Shown here piece after piece: positions 10,731 to 21,292 of a stretch of DNA of 64,000 nt. The notes beneath the pieces are model-generated. The model ran no database searches. It saw only the letters and a list, made by a program, of their open reading frames with translations, and was not told the origin of the DNA. The DNA comes from Bacilli bacterium (GTDB lineage Bacteria; Bacillota_I; Bacilli_A; RFN20; UBA1709). Each line of letters begins with the position of its first letter. Position 1 is the first letter of the stretch. The DNA is taken from contig JBMNFL010000001.1 in assembly GCA_050949315.1 (NCBI GenBank), forward strand, positions 32,001-96,000. The letters are read 5' to 3'. The translations under genes and the position numbers were made by a program.

Positions 10731-12109
10731 TGCCAAAAGAATATAAAACCATAAGAGAAGTTGTTGGTCCACTGATGGTCGTTGATGGCGTTGAAGGCGC
10801 CAAATATGATGAGTTGGTGCGGATTAGACAAGCCTCTGGTGAAGAAAGACTTGGTAAGGTCCTCGAAGTCAACGAAGATAAAGCTATTGTCCAATTGTTT
10901 ACCAGTTCCCAAGGTTTAAAGATTGATGATGCGAAAGCCATCTTCTTAGGTCATGGTACGGAAATCAAACTTGCGCCCGATATTCTCGGTCGGGTCTTTG
11001 ATGGTTTAGGTCGTCCAATTGATGGGGGTGGCGAATTAATCCCTGTCAAGACTGAAGATATTAATGGTGCACCATTAAATCCCGTTGCCAGAGACTATCC
11101 GGCGGAATTTATTCAAACAGGGGTAAGCGCGATTGATGGTTTAAATACCCTAGTCAGAGGACAGAAACTCCCGATTTTCTCGGCTTCAGGTTTACCACAC
11201 GCTAACTTGGCCGCTCAAGTTGCTAGACAAGCTAGGGTTTTAGGCGATAACGAACAATTCGCCGTTGTTTTCGCTGCTGTCGGTATTACCTTCGAAGAAG
11301 CTAACTTCTTTATTGAAGACTTCAAGAAATCTGGGGCCATTGAAAGATCGGTTCTTTTCATGAACCTTGCCAATGACCCAGCTATCGAAAGAATTTCTAC
11401 TCCTCGTATGGCTATTACCTGTGCCGAATACTTAGCTTATGAGCTTGGTATGCAAGTGTTGGTTATCATCACCGATATTACTAACTATGCTGAAGCTCTA
11501 CGTGAAGTTTCCGCGGCTCGTAAAGAGGTTCCTGGCCGTAGAGGATATCCTGGTTACATGTATACCGACTTAGCCTCCATTTATGAAAGAGCTGGTCGTA
11601 TTAAAGGAAAACAAGGTTCCGTTACCCAAATTCCAATTTTAACTATGCCAGAAGAAGATATTACACACCCAATTCCTGACTTAACTGGTTATATCACTGA
11701 GGGGCAAATTATCTTATCCCGTCAGCTTTATAACAAGGGCATCGTCCCACCCATTGATGTTTTACCATCATTGAGTCGTTTAAAAGATAAGGGTATTGGT
11801 GCTGGCAAGACTAGAGAAGATCACTCCGCGACGATGAACCAATTATTCGCGGCCTATGCTCGTGGTAAAGAAGCCAAAGAATTGGCCGCCATTCTTGGTG
11901 ATTCAGCCTTATCGGATGTTGATAAACTCTATAGTCAATTTGCTGGAGAATTTGAGGAAAAATATGTTTCCCAAGGTTATCATACTAACCGGCCAATCTT
12001 AGAAACTTTAACAATTGGGTGGGAATTATTAACAATTTTACCCAAAACTGAATTAAAGAGAATTGATCTAGATTTAATTGAGAAATATTATCCAAAAGTT
12101 GGTGAGTAA
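10730..12109 (+). CDS. ntpB: V-type ATPase subunit B
   Basis: [42 protein letters not shown]. Confidence 0.97.
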   Translation: MPKEYKTIREVVGPLMVVDGVEGAKYDELVRIRQASGEERLGKVLEVNEDKAIVQLFTSSQGLKIDDAKAIFLGHGTEIKLAPDILGRVFDGLGRPIDGGGELIPVKTEDINGAPLNPVARDYPAEFIQTGVSAIDGLNTLVRGQKLPIFSASGLPHANLAAQVARQARVLGDNEQFAVVFAAVGITFEEANFFIEDFKKSGAIERSVLFMNLANDPAIERISTPRMAITCAEYLAYELGMQVLVIITDITNYAEALREVSAARKEVPGRRGYPGYMYTDLASIYERAGRIKGKQGSVTQIPILTMPEEDITHPIPDLTGYITEGQIILSRQLYNKGIVPPIDVLPSLSRLKDKGIGAGKTREDHSATMNQLFAAYARGKEAKELAAILGDSALSDVDKLYSQFAGEFEEKYVSQGYHTNRPILETLTIGWELLTILPKTELKRIDLDLIEKYYPKVGE

Positions 12110-12111
12110 AC

Positions 12112-12795
12112 ATGGCATTGATGAATGTTAATCCTACCAGAATGGTTTTACGCAATCTCAAGTTAGCCTTAGCTGCCGCTAAGAGAGGGCACAAGTTATT
12201 GAAAGATAAGCAGGATGAAATGATTCGTCAGTTTATGTTGATTATCCGTCATAACCTTGCGTTAAGAAAAGAGATTGAAAGTGAACTTGAGCGGATTATG
12301 AAAAAATTCGCTTCCGCTCAATTGACCATGAGCTATGCTGGTTTAATGGAAGCTTTGATGGTTCCTTCTAAGAGTGCAGAACTCAATGTTAGTTTGAAAT
12401 CAGTCATGGCTATTAAAACACCAGCGGTAGAGATTGCTGCCGATGATGGCAATATCGATTTAACCTACGGTTTTGCCTTCACACCAAGTGAGTTAGATGG
12501 TGCGATACTCTCTCTTTCCCGTTTGCTTCCAAAATTGATTGAGTTAGCTCAGGTTGAGAAAACCTGTGATATGCTAGCCGATGAAATTGAAAAGACGAGA
12601 AGAAGAGTTAACGCCATTGAGTATGTTATGATTCCTGATCACGAAGAAACCATTCACTTTGTTACAATGAAATTAGATGACACTGAGCGAAGTGATAGGA
12701 TTCGTTTGATGAAAGCCAAGGATATGATCCTAGCGAAAGAGGAACTAGAACAAGCTAAAGCTAAAGCACTAAAAAAAGCAGCAGCTGCCGCTTAA
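12112..12795 (+). CDS. ntpD: V-type ATPase subunit D
   Basis: NPTRM, GHKLLKDK, TRRRVNAIEY. Confidence 0.95.
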   Translation: MALMNVNPTRMVLRNLKLALAAAKRGHKLLKDKQDEMIRQFMLIIRHNLALRKEIESELERIMKKFASAQLTMSYAGLMEALMVPSKSAELNVSLKSVMAIKTPAVEIAADDGNIDLTYGFAFTPSELDGAILSLSRLLPKLIELAQVEKTCDMLADEIEKTRRRVNAIEYVMIPDHEETIHFVTMKLDDTERSDRIRLMKAKDMILAKEELEQAKAKALKKAAAAA

Positions 12796-12824
12796 TTAGC
12801 AAAAAATAACTCAATTAAAATGTT

Positions 12825-12854
12825 AAAGCCGAGGATTTAATCCCCGGCTTTTTT
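12825..12854. terminator. bidirectional intrinsic terminator between ntpD and the cyclophilin gene
   Basis: AAAGCCGAGGAT-TTA-ATCCCCGGCTTTTTT between convergent genes. Confidence 0.8.
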
Positions 12855-12856
12855 CA

Positions 12857-13360
12857 TTACTTATATTTGATGGGTGTTACAATTTGTTCCCCAAGAACGG
12901 ATACTTTTTTGATTTTTTGTTCTTTTATGGGGCGATCTTCAAGATTGGTTTTACAAGTAGCAATTTCTTCTACTACCTCCATACCCTCAAGTACGCGCCC
13001 AAAGGCGGCGTATTGACCATCAAGATGGGGACAGGCTTTATGCATAATAAAGAATTGACTACCTGCACTATTGGGCTGTTTAGAACGAGCCATAGAGATA
13101 ACACCAGCTTCATGCTTTAATTTGTTTTTAATGCCATTAGCAGAGAATTCTCCTCTAATAGTGTAGCCAGGGCCCCCAGTGCCGGTTCCAGTAGGATCGC
13201 CACCTTGAATCATAAAGTCTTTAATTACCCTATGAAAGATTAAGCCATCATAAAAACCTTGGTTAGCCAAGTAAACAAAGTTACGAGCAGTGTTGGGGGC
13301 GTTTTCATAATCCATCTGTAAGCGGATTTTTTTGCCGTTTGTCATTTCAATTACAATCAT
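12857..13360 (-). CDS. ppiB: cyclophilin-type peptidyl-prolyl cis-trans isomerase
   Basis: FHRVIKDFMIQGGDP, SMAR, SAGSQFFI, HLDGQY. Confidence 0.93.
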   Translation of the reverse strand: MIVIEMTNGKKIRLQMDYENAPNTARNFVYLANQGFYDGLIFHRVIKDFMIQGGDPTGTGTGGPGYTIRGEFSANGIKNKLKHEAGVISMARSKQPNSAGSQFFIMHKACPHLDGQYAAFGRVLEGMEVVEEIATCKTNLEDRPIKEQKIKKVSVLGEQIVTPIKYK

Positions 13361-13432
13361 TTAACAAGTTCTCCTTTTTAGATATTATAGACCATTTTTA
13401 GAAAAAGTGATAACATAAAAATAGGTGATGAA

Positions 13433-13885
13433 ATGTTTAATCTTCTTAAAAAAGTTTTTGCTTCTGAACTTGTGCGTTTTTTGATTGGCGGAGCTATCAA
13501 CACCCTGATGGGAGGTATTTTATTACCTTATCTTTACGAGCAGATTTTTGGTTTGCAAATTCTCTTTGTTTTTTTGGGAACAAAGACCTATGTCAGTTTA
13601 CTAGTTGGCTATCTAATTTGGTTTAGCTTTGCCTATTTAATCCAAATAAAATTTGTCTTTCGCAGTCGTTTTGTCCTTAAGCGTTTCATCGCTTACCCCT
13701 TTACTCAAATACCTAATTTTCTAATTAATAATCTTTTCCTGCACTTTTTTAGAAACATTCTTGTCTGGCCAAGTTTAATAAGTTTTTGTTTAGCTGCGAT
13801 ATTAACGGTGCCAATTATGTTTGTTCTTGTTCGCTTTGTTGTAAAGGCTAAAGAGGTGGGCAAGAAAGAAAAAATTAAAGATTAA
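13433..13885 (+). CDS. GtrA-family membrane protein
   Basis: 150 aa, about four TM segments, ELVRFLIGGAINT N-terminus and KFVF motif. Confidence 0.75.
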   Translation: MFNLLKKVFASELVRFLIGGAINTLMGGILLPYLYEQIFGLQILFVFLGTKTYVSLLVGYLIWFSFAYLIQIKFVFRSRFVLKRFIAYPFTQIPNFLINNLFLHFFRNILVWPSLISFCLAAILTVPIMFVLVRFVVKAKEVGKKEKIKD

Positions 13886-14384
13886 AAACTTGAAAGATAC
13901 CAAAGTTTATAACGAGAATGATTAGACAAATAATTAAATCATATGCGAACACTGTTTTAGTGTTTTCTCTTTTTAAAGCCCCTAAATATTGGATGATTAG
14001 AAGCAAGATTATTTCTAAAATGAAGCCGATAAAATCATAAGGACGAGGAAGAAGAGTACTATAGTCAATATTGATTTCTTTGGCGTAGAAGAAAAGAAAC
14101 ATCTGTAGTAGAAGGGCGATGTAGATTGATAAGTAATAAGCTTTAAAATTGCGACTAGAAAGGAAAATGATAAAAAGCCCTAACGCGATACTGATATAGG
14201 CGAAAATATTATTAATAAAGATATTGTTATAGATATACCACCAAGGGCTGTCTTCTTCAATCATTGGCAACAAACAATTACAAGCGGTTAAACGAAAAAA
14301 GCAACAAGCAATAACGGCTAGTTCAAAAGTGAAGATAGCGATTCGAAAATATTTAAGGTGATTTTTAATAAGAGAATTCAACAT
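13875..14384 (-). CDS. hypothetical membrane protein
   Basis: Several hydrophobic segments; ATG at 14384 preceded by AAGGAG. Confidence 0.55.
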   Translation of the reverse strand: MLNSLIKNHLKYFRIAIFTFELAVIACCFFRLTACNCLLPMIEEDSPWWYIYNNIFINNIFAYISIALGLFIIFLSSRNFKAYYLSIYIALLLQMFLFFYAKEINIDYSTLLPRPYDFIGFILEIILLLIIQYLGALKRENTKTVFAYDLIICLIILVINFGIFQVFNL

Positions 14385-14560
14385 TTTTAGTCTCCTTGTG
14401 CTAACAAAACAAATTATAACATTTATTTTTAAAATTAAAATCTTTGCCAATTAAATAAAAGCCATTCTTTGTCAAAAGAGCAAATGATGTTGAAAAAAAG
14501 TCATCTAGAAAATATAATTGTAATGATGTGGTATAAAATATATGAGAGCGGAGAAGAAGA

Positions 14561-15829
14561 TTGAATAACGAAGAGAAGAAGCAGAAACATAAAAAGAAGT
14601 TAAAAAACATTTTGAATATCGGTCTGATATTCCTTTTTTCCTTTGGAGTTATCTTTTTAATTATTAAAGACGATTTTGTGGCCATTGTTGAAACTGTGCG
14701 TTCGGCCAAATGGGCTTTTATTATAATGGGCGTGGCTTTTCAGGCTTTACAGCAATTAGACGAAGGTGTAATTATTATGGTTCTTAGCCGCCATTATCGG
14801 AAAGATTATACCTTTAAAGAGGGCTTCGTTAATAATTTAGTCGGTTTGTTTTTTAGTTTTATAACCCCTTCAGCTACTGGAGGACAATTTGCCCAAGCTT
14901 ATGTTTTTACTAAGCAAGATATTAAAGTTGAACAGTCGGCATCTCTGATGATTATTAACTTTATTGCCTATGAAATGGTGCTTGTCTTGTATTGTATTTT
15001 AACTATCTCATTAAATTTTAACTTTTTAACTAACACGATTGGCAGTGTTAATCTTTGGGGATGGAACGCCAATTTTCTTATTATCGCAGGGTTAGGTTTT
15101 GTAGTTAACTTAGCTAGCATTGCCGGCATTTTATTCTTATCTTATTCCAAGGTTGCCGGGTCGGTTATCCGTTTTTTCGTTAAAATTCTAGCTAAAATTA
15201 AAATTGTTAAAAATTTAGAATATCGTAATAAAGTAATTAATCAAAAAATTGTTTCATTTAGACGAAATCTTTCGGATATTCGTCGTTATTGGCGGCGCTT
15301 TTTATTCGTTTTACTCTTGACTTTTATTAAAATGACCATTTACTTTATTGCTCCCTTCTTTGTGGCTTTAGCCTTAGGAGTTAATATTAAGTTTACTGAT
15401 ATCTTTACTATTATAACTTTAGCCTCCATTGTTACTTTGGTGGCAACTTTTGTACCTATTCCTGGAGCCAGTGGTGGTGCTGAGTTTTTCTTCTATCTGA
15501 TGTTTGCCCCGATTTTTATAGAAACCAAAATTTTATCAGCGGCGATGATTCTGTGGCGTACAATAACCTTCTATATTCCACTTGTTTACACAAGCTTAGC
15601 CACCATTGTCTTTAACCGTGATCGTAAAATCAATATGTTGGACACCATTCCCTCAGAATACCAATGGTTCTTTAGTCGCCATATGACCGACAGAATCATG
15701 GAAGCGGAAAGATATGTTGGGACTATTAGTGAAAAAGGTAGTAGGCGAGTGAGTGAATTGGCTGATGATATGCCTCGTTCTATCAAAAAGCAAGGAGAGA
15801 GCAATGAAAATCCAGAAAATCCAACTTAA
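14561..15829 (+). CDS. lysylphosphatidylglycerol-synthase TM-region (UPF0104) flippase-like protein
   Basis: FFSFITPSATGGQ, PIPGASGGAE, LWRTITFY. Confidence 0.85.
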   Translation: MNNEEKKQKHKKKLKNILNIGLIFLFSFGVIFLIIKDDFVAIVETVRSAKWAFIIMGVAFQALQQLDEGVIIMVLSRHYRKDYTFKEGFVNNLVGLFFSFITPSATGGQFAQAYVFTKQDIKVEQSASLMIINFIAYEMVLVLYCILTISLNFNFLTNTIGSVNLWGWNANFLIIAGLGFVVNLASIAGILFLSYSKVAGSVIRFFVKILAKIKIVKNLEYRNKVINQKIVSFRRNLSDIRRYWRRFLFVLLLTFIKMTIYFIAPFFVALALGVNIKFTDIFTIITLASIVTLVATFVPIPGASGGAEFFFYLMFAPIFIETKILSAAMILWRTITFYIPLVYTSLATIVFNRDRKINMLDTIPSEYQWFFSRHMTDRIMEAERYVGTISEKGSRRVSELADDMPRSIKKQGESNENPENPT

Positions 15830-16394
15830 TAAAAAGGCAAGAGTTATCATTGATGGACGAGAATACAATTTTCAGGTTGAAAATTTTAAGGCTTTTAATT
15901 GGCAAGAAGGGCAAGATTTAGAAAAGGAAGAACTAGATGCTTGTCTTAAAAAGGAAGAAATATTTTTAATTCGTTTGCACTTAATCAAAGCCTTAAAGAG
16001 AAGGGATTTGAGTTCCTTTGAAGCTTACGATCTTTTGAAAGCGCGCTTTGGCGAGGAAGAGTTAATAAACTTAGTTATTGAAGAGTTTCAAAAGAAAAAT
16101 TTGATTAATGACCAAAACTATCTTGAAGAATATCTATTTAAGGGCTTAACTAAGTTTAGGGGTTTAAAGCGTTTAAGATATGAACTAGAAAATAAGGGTT
16201 TTTCCATGGAAACAATAGAGACTTTAATTGATCAAGATCATAAAATATATGAGCATGAGCAAGCTTTAAAGTTTACTCATAAACTTCTTGCTCAAGGGTT
16301 CAATCATCAAAAAATATTAAATAGACTTAGCTATGCCGGTTATGATGAAGATTTAATTGAGGAAATATTAAGTAAAGTTGCAATTCTTTATTAA
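15804..16394 (+). CDS. recX: RecX-family regulator
   Basis: LINDQNY..EY, GLKRLRYELENKG, RLSYAGY repeats; start MKIQKI after GGAG. Confidence 0.75.
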   Translation: MKIQKIQLNKKARVIIDGREYNFQVENFKAFNWQEGQDLEKEELDACLKKEEIFLIRLHLIKALKRRDLSSFEAYDLLKARFGEEELINLVIEEFQKKNLINDQNYLEEYLFKGLTKFRGLKRLRYELENKGFSMETIETLIDQDHKIYEHEQALKFTHKLLAQGFNHQKILNRLSYAGYDEDLIEEILSKVAILY

Positions 16395-16447
16395 GAATAT
16401 GCAGATATGTTATAATAAAATGACAAATGACAAGGAGGAACGATGAG

Positions 16448-17392
16448 ATGATTAAAGATTTTAAAGAGAATACTGAAATAGTTGAGAATCTTTTTATTAC
16501 CAATGTTGTCCGCGGTGTGACCAATAAAAATGTTCCTTATTTAAATATCACTTTTCAAGATTCTAGTGGTCAAATAGAGGGACGTAAATGGACAGTTGTT
16601 GATGAAGATGCCGATATCTTTGTTAAAAGGACGATTGTTCAAGTGACAGGACAAGTCATTAAATATAGTAATTCTTTACAAATTAAAGTAATGTCTGGTA
16701 AGAAATTAGACTTATCAGAAGAAGAAATTTATAATTTTGCCCCCGCTTCCCCCGTTGAACGGCGTTTGCTACAAAAAGAATTATTACGTTTTCTTGCGGA
16801 GATTGATAATGAGGATGTCAAAAAAGTAGTGGAATATGCCATTTCCAAAAATGAACCTTATTTTTGGACTTTCCCAGCCGCCACTAAAAACCATCACGAA
16901 TATATTTCGGGACTTTTAGAGCATACAATTGGCATGCTAAAGTGTGCTGAAGGCATTATCAAGGTTTATCCTAAACTTAATAAGAGTTTATTATATGGTG
17001 GCATTATTCTTCATGATATGGGGAAAATCCCTGAGCTAGGTGATGCTTTAGCGCCCTATTATACTGTCGCTGGTCACTTAATTGGGCATATATCCATCAT
17101 GCAGGCCGAAATCGCGGAAATCTGTCGTTTCTTAAAGGTTGATGAGGAGGTTTCTCTTTTGTTACAGCATCTGGTTTTATCTCATCACGGCTTAAAAGAA
17201 TATGGTTCCCCAGTTGTCCCCTTAACTAGAGAAGCTGAAGTTTTGGCAGCCCTTGATAATCTTGATGCCAAAATGAATATGATAGACAAGGCTTTAAATG
17301 ATGTGCCGCCAGGTGAATTTAGCGGTCGTAGTCCTGGTTTAGATAATCGACTTTTCTATCAACCGAAATTAAGTAAAAAAGAGTTAGACTAA
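16448..17392 (+). CDS. yhaM: 3'-5' exoribonuclease YhaM (OB + HD domains)
   Basis: PAATKNHHEY.SGLLEH, LHDMGK, LSHHG..EYGSP, DNLDAK. Confidence 0.9.
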   Translation: MIKDFKENTEIVENLFITNVVRGVTNKNVPYLNITFQDSSGQIEGRKWTVVDEDADIFVKRTIVQVTGQVIKYSNSLQIKVMSGKKLDLSEEEIYNFAPASPVERRLLQKELLRFLAEIDNEDVKKVVEYAISKNEPYFWTFPAATKNHHEYISGLLEHTIGMLKCAEGIIKVYPKLNKSLLYGGIILHDMGKIPELGDALAPYYTVAGHLIGHISIMQAEIAEICRFLKVDEEVSLLLQHLVLSHHGLKEYGSPVVPLTREAEVLAALDNLDAKMNMIDKALNDVPPGEFSGRSPGLDNRLFYQPKLSKKELD

Positions 17393-17797
17393 ACTCTTTT
17401 TTATTTCACTAGCTAATTCCAAAAATTCTTCTGGACTTAATGAATGTTTTTGAAAATCGAATTTTAAGTCATCGTTAGTAAAGCGAGGGATGACATGCAG
17501 ATGAAAATGCATAATGGCTTGTCCCGCCACTTTTTGACAGTTGTTGAGAATATTTATCCCTTTAACACCTTTTCTTTGCATTTGGGCTTGAGCAATCTTT
17601 TGCGCAACTTTCATAAGGTGAGCAAGCAGGGGTGCGGGAATTTCTAAAAGACTAGGGTAATGCTCTTTACATACAACTAAAGTATGGCCTAGTGTTGCTT
17701 GGGAAATGTCTAGAAAAGCTAAACACTGATCATCTTCATAGACCGAGTAACAAGGAATTTCCTTGTTGACAATCGTACAAAATAAACAGTCACGCAT
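17384..17797 (-). CDS. hit: HIT-family nucleotide hydrolase
   Basis: CLFC N-terminus, GHTLV, HFHLHVIPR histidine triad. Confidence 0.92.
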   Translation of the reverse strand: MRDCLFCTIVNKEIPCYSVYEDDQCLAFLDISQATLGHTLVVCKEHYPSLLEIPAPLLAHLMKVAQKIAQAQMQRKGVKGINILNNCQKVAGQAIMHFHLHVIPRFTNDDLKFDFQKHSLSPEEFLELASEIKKSLV

Positions 17798-17849
17798 CTT
17801 TTTAAATCCTCCTTAAAATTTTTAAAAAAGGAAGCATTAAGCTCCCCTT

Positions 17850-19289
17850 TTAATTGTTTTCTCCATAGCCATAGGTTTTATTCAAATAATTGTAAACATC
17901 TTCATTATTTACCTCAAATTGACCGCTTTCGCTTAAACTTGTCAAGTAGAAGTAAACACAGTTTTTGACATTTGAACTTGCCTTAGCTAATTCTTTAACG
18001 GCAATTTTCTTTTCAGCAGCGTCACTATCATCATCGATTTTTTCAACCGTGATAACATAGTTATTGCTTTCGGATTTTAAAATCATAGTCCCGGATTCAG
18101 TAATATCAATATAGTTGGTATTTTTGTATAGGGGACTGACATCAATAATGGCATCGTTAATAGTTGAGCTGATGATGGTAGAACTGTCAGAAGAACCAAT
18201 AGTCTTTTTAAATAATTTATTGTTGATAATTTCTAATTGTTTTTGATAATAACCTTCATAGATGCTATGGGCACCACTATTGGAATAACTGAGCATTTTA
18301 TTCTTAACTTCTTCTTTTTGACTCTCGTTATAGGTATTGGGTGCGTAGACATTGCGGAAACCTTTAGTTTCGTGAGCAGCTACTTCAGCTGATTTTTCAT
18401 AGGCGATAATGGTGGCACTATAAGCTGCCGGTAAGGGATATTCAGCATTTTCATTAACGGCCTTAGCGCCGGTTCCAAAAAAGTCAGCGGCATAAGCATT
18501 AATCATGGCAAAATCTTCGGCGAGATCTTTAAGCTGTTTGGTTTTCCATTGTTCTTCTAAGCCTCCGGCACCAGTTGCTAAACTTTCAAAGTCTTTTTCA
18601 GCGACAATGCCAGCATCAATATAGTTTTGGAAAATGTCGGCATATCTAATTCTTTCACTAGAGTTGGTTGGTGTCCAAGAAAAGTATTGAACTTTCCGGA
18701 TATTTCTGTTAGTGAAATAGAAACTTGAATTTGCCGCCCGTTGCGTGAGAATATACTCTTCATTTAATAATTCAATGTAATAATCTTTTGTCAATTTTTC
18801 TTCAAATTTACTGTAATCATAAGTCAATTTTTCTTTTAGATGATTATAACCAACATAATTATCAATGGTTTCGACAAAGGGTTCGGCTTCTTTTTTGCTA
18901 ATTACATAACCGGATTTAGTAAGGGAGTTAATTAGTTTTTCTTCACGGAATAAACCGTTCTCTCGATATTCGTTACTGTAGTAGGTATCGAAGTGATCAA
19001 CGATTCGCTCATTAATACTCTGAGTGATTTCTTCACTGGTCCAATTAGTTGAAGTGCTTAACACTTGTTTGGCAATCCGATAGAGTAATTCATCAACGGC
19101 AACTTTGACACCTTCTTTTTTGTAAAGTTTATCAAAGATTTGTTGATAAGTATCAGGAGTAGCATCTTTTTTGGCGGTAATAAAGGTTTTATCCTTATCT
19201 TTTAATTGTGGACTGTTTTTTCCACAGGCTACTAAACTACAGAGGCTTAGAGCAATTGCTAAGATTTTTAATGGAGTTTTCTTTTTCAT
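17850..19289 (-). CDS. lipoprotein of unknown function (possible divergent partner of the PrsA-like protein)
   Basis: Signal peptide with lipobox LVAC; directly downstream of the PrsA-like gene. Confidence 0.65.
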   Translation of the reverse strand: MKKKTPLKILAIALSLCSLVACGKNSPQLKDKDKTFITAKKDATPDTYQQIFDKLYKKEGVKVAVDELLYRIAKQVLSTSTNWTSEEITQSINERIVDHFDTYYSNEYRENGLFREEKLINSLTKSGYVISKKEAEPFVETIDNYVGYNHLKEKLTYDYSKFEEKLTKDYYIELLNEEYILTQRAANSSFYFTNRNIRKVQYFSWTPTNSSERIRYADIFQNYIDAGIVAEKDFESLATGAGGLEEQWKTKQLKDLAEDFAMINAYAADFFGTGAKAVNENAEYPLPAAYSATIIAYEKSAEVAAHETKGFRNVYAPNTYNESQKEEVKNKMLSYSNSGAHSIYEGYYQKQLEIINNKLFKKTIGSSDSSTIISSTINDAIIDVSPLYKNTNYIDITESGTMILKSESNNYVITVEKIDDDSDAAEKKIAVKELAKASSNVKNCVYFYLTSLSESGQFEVNNEDVYNYLNKTYGYGENN

Positions 19290-19305
19290 GTTTAAAGCCC
19301 CCTTT

Positions 19306-21108
19306 CTAATACAACAAGTCTCTCAACTCTTGATTGGCTTCAATACTCTTGATATAAGAGGACCAAGTATTGTTCAAGGAAGAGTCAATTTGACTAGTTT
19401 GATAAACGGTTTTGGTAGAGATAAAGTCATTAATGGCGTTTTCAATTCGCGTATTAGTAATGGTTAAATCACCAGCGGCTTTGGCTCGTTCATAATAGAA
19501 AGTGTAGATTTCATATTTATAGAGTTCCTCAACAGGACTCAGTGAGCCGTAACCTCCTTTAAGATAGTTAGTTACCCGGCCCTTAACTTCGTTTTTACGA
19601 GTGTTTTGGGCAACGGTAGTGTTACTATAGCCAAAATTAAAGGCGGATTCTTTGATATAAGTTGTTGTTTCAATGGCGCTAGCATTGCTACCATACATAA
19701 AGTACTTAACAGCATCCGCCGCTTTTCCTGCAGCAGGAGCGGCTTGATCTAAAGCACTCCAGGTTACTGATATCCAGTGCAGACCATGAGTACTTTTAAC
19801 TAAGATAATTGGCGTATCATTATCATCAATGATTAACTTGTCATCATTTAATTTGTTATGTTCGGACTGTAAACCAACATAGAACTCGTGAGCTTTAATG
19901 GCACTAACTTTGGTGGCCACTTCAGCCGCATCATCGGCTATTGTTGGGTACATCTCCTTAACTAAGTCGGTTAATTCGGTATCAATATTGGCGAAATCCA
20001 ATTTTAGATATTGAATAGTTGGCATATTAAAGTATTTGTTATAAAGAACATTGCGCGGATAGAGTTGAGCATCATAGTCTTCCTCTTTTTCGTGTCCAGC
20101 CGCGGCTTGGGCGGCTAAGTTTAAATCCTTTTCCGCATAGGATAAAGCGCTGACTACAGCCGCAACATTCATAACTGGAGCGGTATAGTTAGCGTAAACA
20201 CCGTTAGCCCCAAAGAGATCTTCCGTGTGGGGACGGGCGGCTAAGGTGTCATCAGCATCATATGTTTCTCCCTTCCAAGCAGTTTGGTTCTGAATGATTT
20301 CGGAAACGTAGAGTCCTAACTTAAACTCAGGTACGAAAGGAGTATAACTATCCATGATGCCTAAGTTACCACCATGAGTTTTACTACCATCTTCTGATTC
20401 TTCATAAGCGATATTTTTAAAGGAATTACTACTGCTACCAGATAAAGCTAGGCGCTTCATAACGGTACTTAGTCTATCAACTTCAGCTTCACTGATTGTC
20501 GCCTTAGTTGCTAGGGTATCCGTACTGGAGATTTTAGTTAAGATTTGCTTGATAATCATGGGCGAAGTATTGGTAACATAGCGTTCCAAACTAGTTGTGC
20601 CCGTAGCCGCATCAATGTTGGGCTCAGTATTGGTGTTGGCATACATGTTAGCCAACTCTTCTTTTTGTTCGTCTAGTAGATAAGACGCCTCTAATTCTTT
20701 TTCATCATTAAAACCTTTTTGTTCAAGTAGGGTTTTGGTGGCGTTACGAACGGTGACACCATTGGTATTAGCATATCTTGCTACTTCATCAGCCCAATCA
20801 TCCATTTTTTCTTTAACAGCGCCTTCAATCGCGCTACTAACAGGAACGTTTTGTTGGGCTAGAACCTTATAGACAGCCTCATAGACTGCCTTTGTACCAT
20901 CAGGGGTATTTAATAGGTCATAGGCACAAGCACTTGTTTCCGTGCCTTCATCAAAGCCCAGAATATCACTAACAGTGACTTGGGTTGAACCGACCTTGAA
21001 TATAACCTCTTCGCCATCAAGTTTAACCGGCTTAATTTTTCCACAGCCGACTATACTACCAGTTAAAAGAGCAAGCAGCAATGATAGCGATAGTGCAGTT
21101 TTCTTCAT
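19306..21108 (-). CDS. large PrsA/SurA-like foldase lipoprotein with a parvulin domain
   Basis: Lipobox IVGC; FKNIAYEESEDGSKTHGGNLG...FVPEFK and late HGLHWI match parvulin motifs; yhaM-hit neighbourhood as for Bacillus prsA. Confidence 0.65.
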   Translation of the reverse strand: MKKTALSLSLLLALLTGSIVGCGKIKPVKLDGEEVIFKVGSTQVTVSDILGFDEGTETSACAYDLLNTPDGTKAVYEAVYKVLAQQNVPVSSAIEGAVKEKMDDWADEVARYANTNGVTVRNATKTLLEQKGFNDEKELEASYLLDEQKEELANMYANTNTEPNIDAATGTTSLERYVTNTSPMIIKQILTKISSTDTLATKATISEAEVDRLSTVMKRLALSGSSSNSFKNIAYEESEDGSKTHGGNLGIMDSYTPFVPEFKLGLYVSEIIQNQTAWKGETYDADDTLAARPHTEDLFGANGVYANYTAPVMNVAAVVSALSYAEKDLNLAAQAAAGHEKEEDYDAQLYPRNVLYNKYFNMPTIQYLKLDFANIDTELTDLVKEMYPTIADDAAEVATKVSAIKAHEFYVGLQSEHNKLNDDKLIIDDNDTPIILVKSTHGLHWISVTWSALDQAAPAAGKAADAVKYFMYGSNASAIETTTYIKESAFNFGYSNTTVAQNTRKNEVKGRVTNYLKGGYGSLSPVEELYKYEIYTFYYERAKAAGDLTITNTRIENAINDFISTKTVYQTSQIDSSLNNTWSSYIKSIEANQELRDLLY

Positions 21109-21292
21109 AGTGATCCTCCTTAATATAAATCAATGCTTACTTATTTTATCTTATTTCCCCCTTCATTTCAATAAATATTTAAATATTTATCGTTAAAGGT
21201 GTCAAAGTAAAAGGCATGGATTAAAAAAAATATCATATCGTTTGTGTTTTTGATAACCAATGGGCTACAATAGGTCAGTGGGAAGTGAAAGT

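Noticed and set aside
14401-14709. Minus-strand 102-aa ORF, and similar short ORFs overlapping ntp, suf, rnj, glmU and metI
   Set aside because: Shadow ORFs of well-supported genes with no independent evidence.
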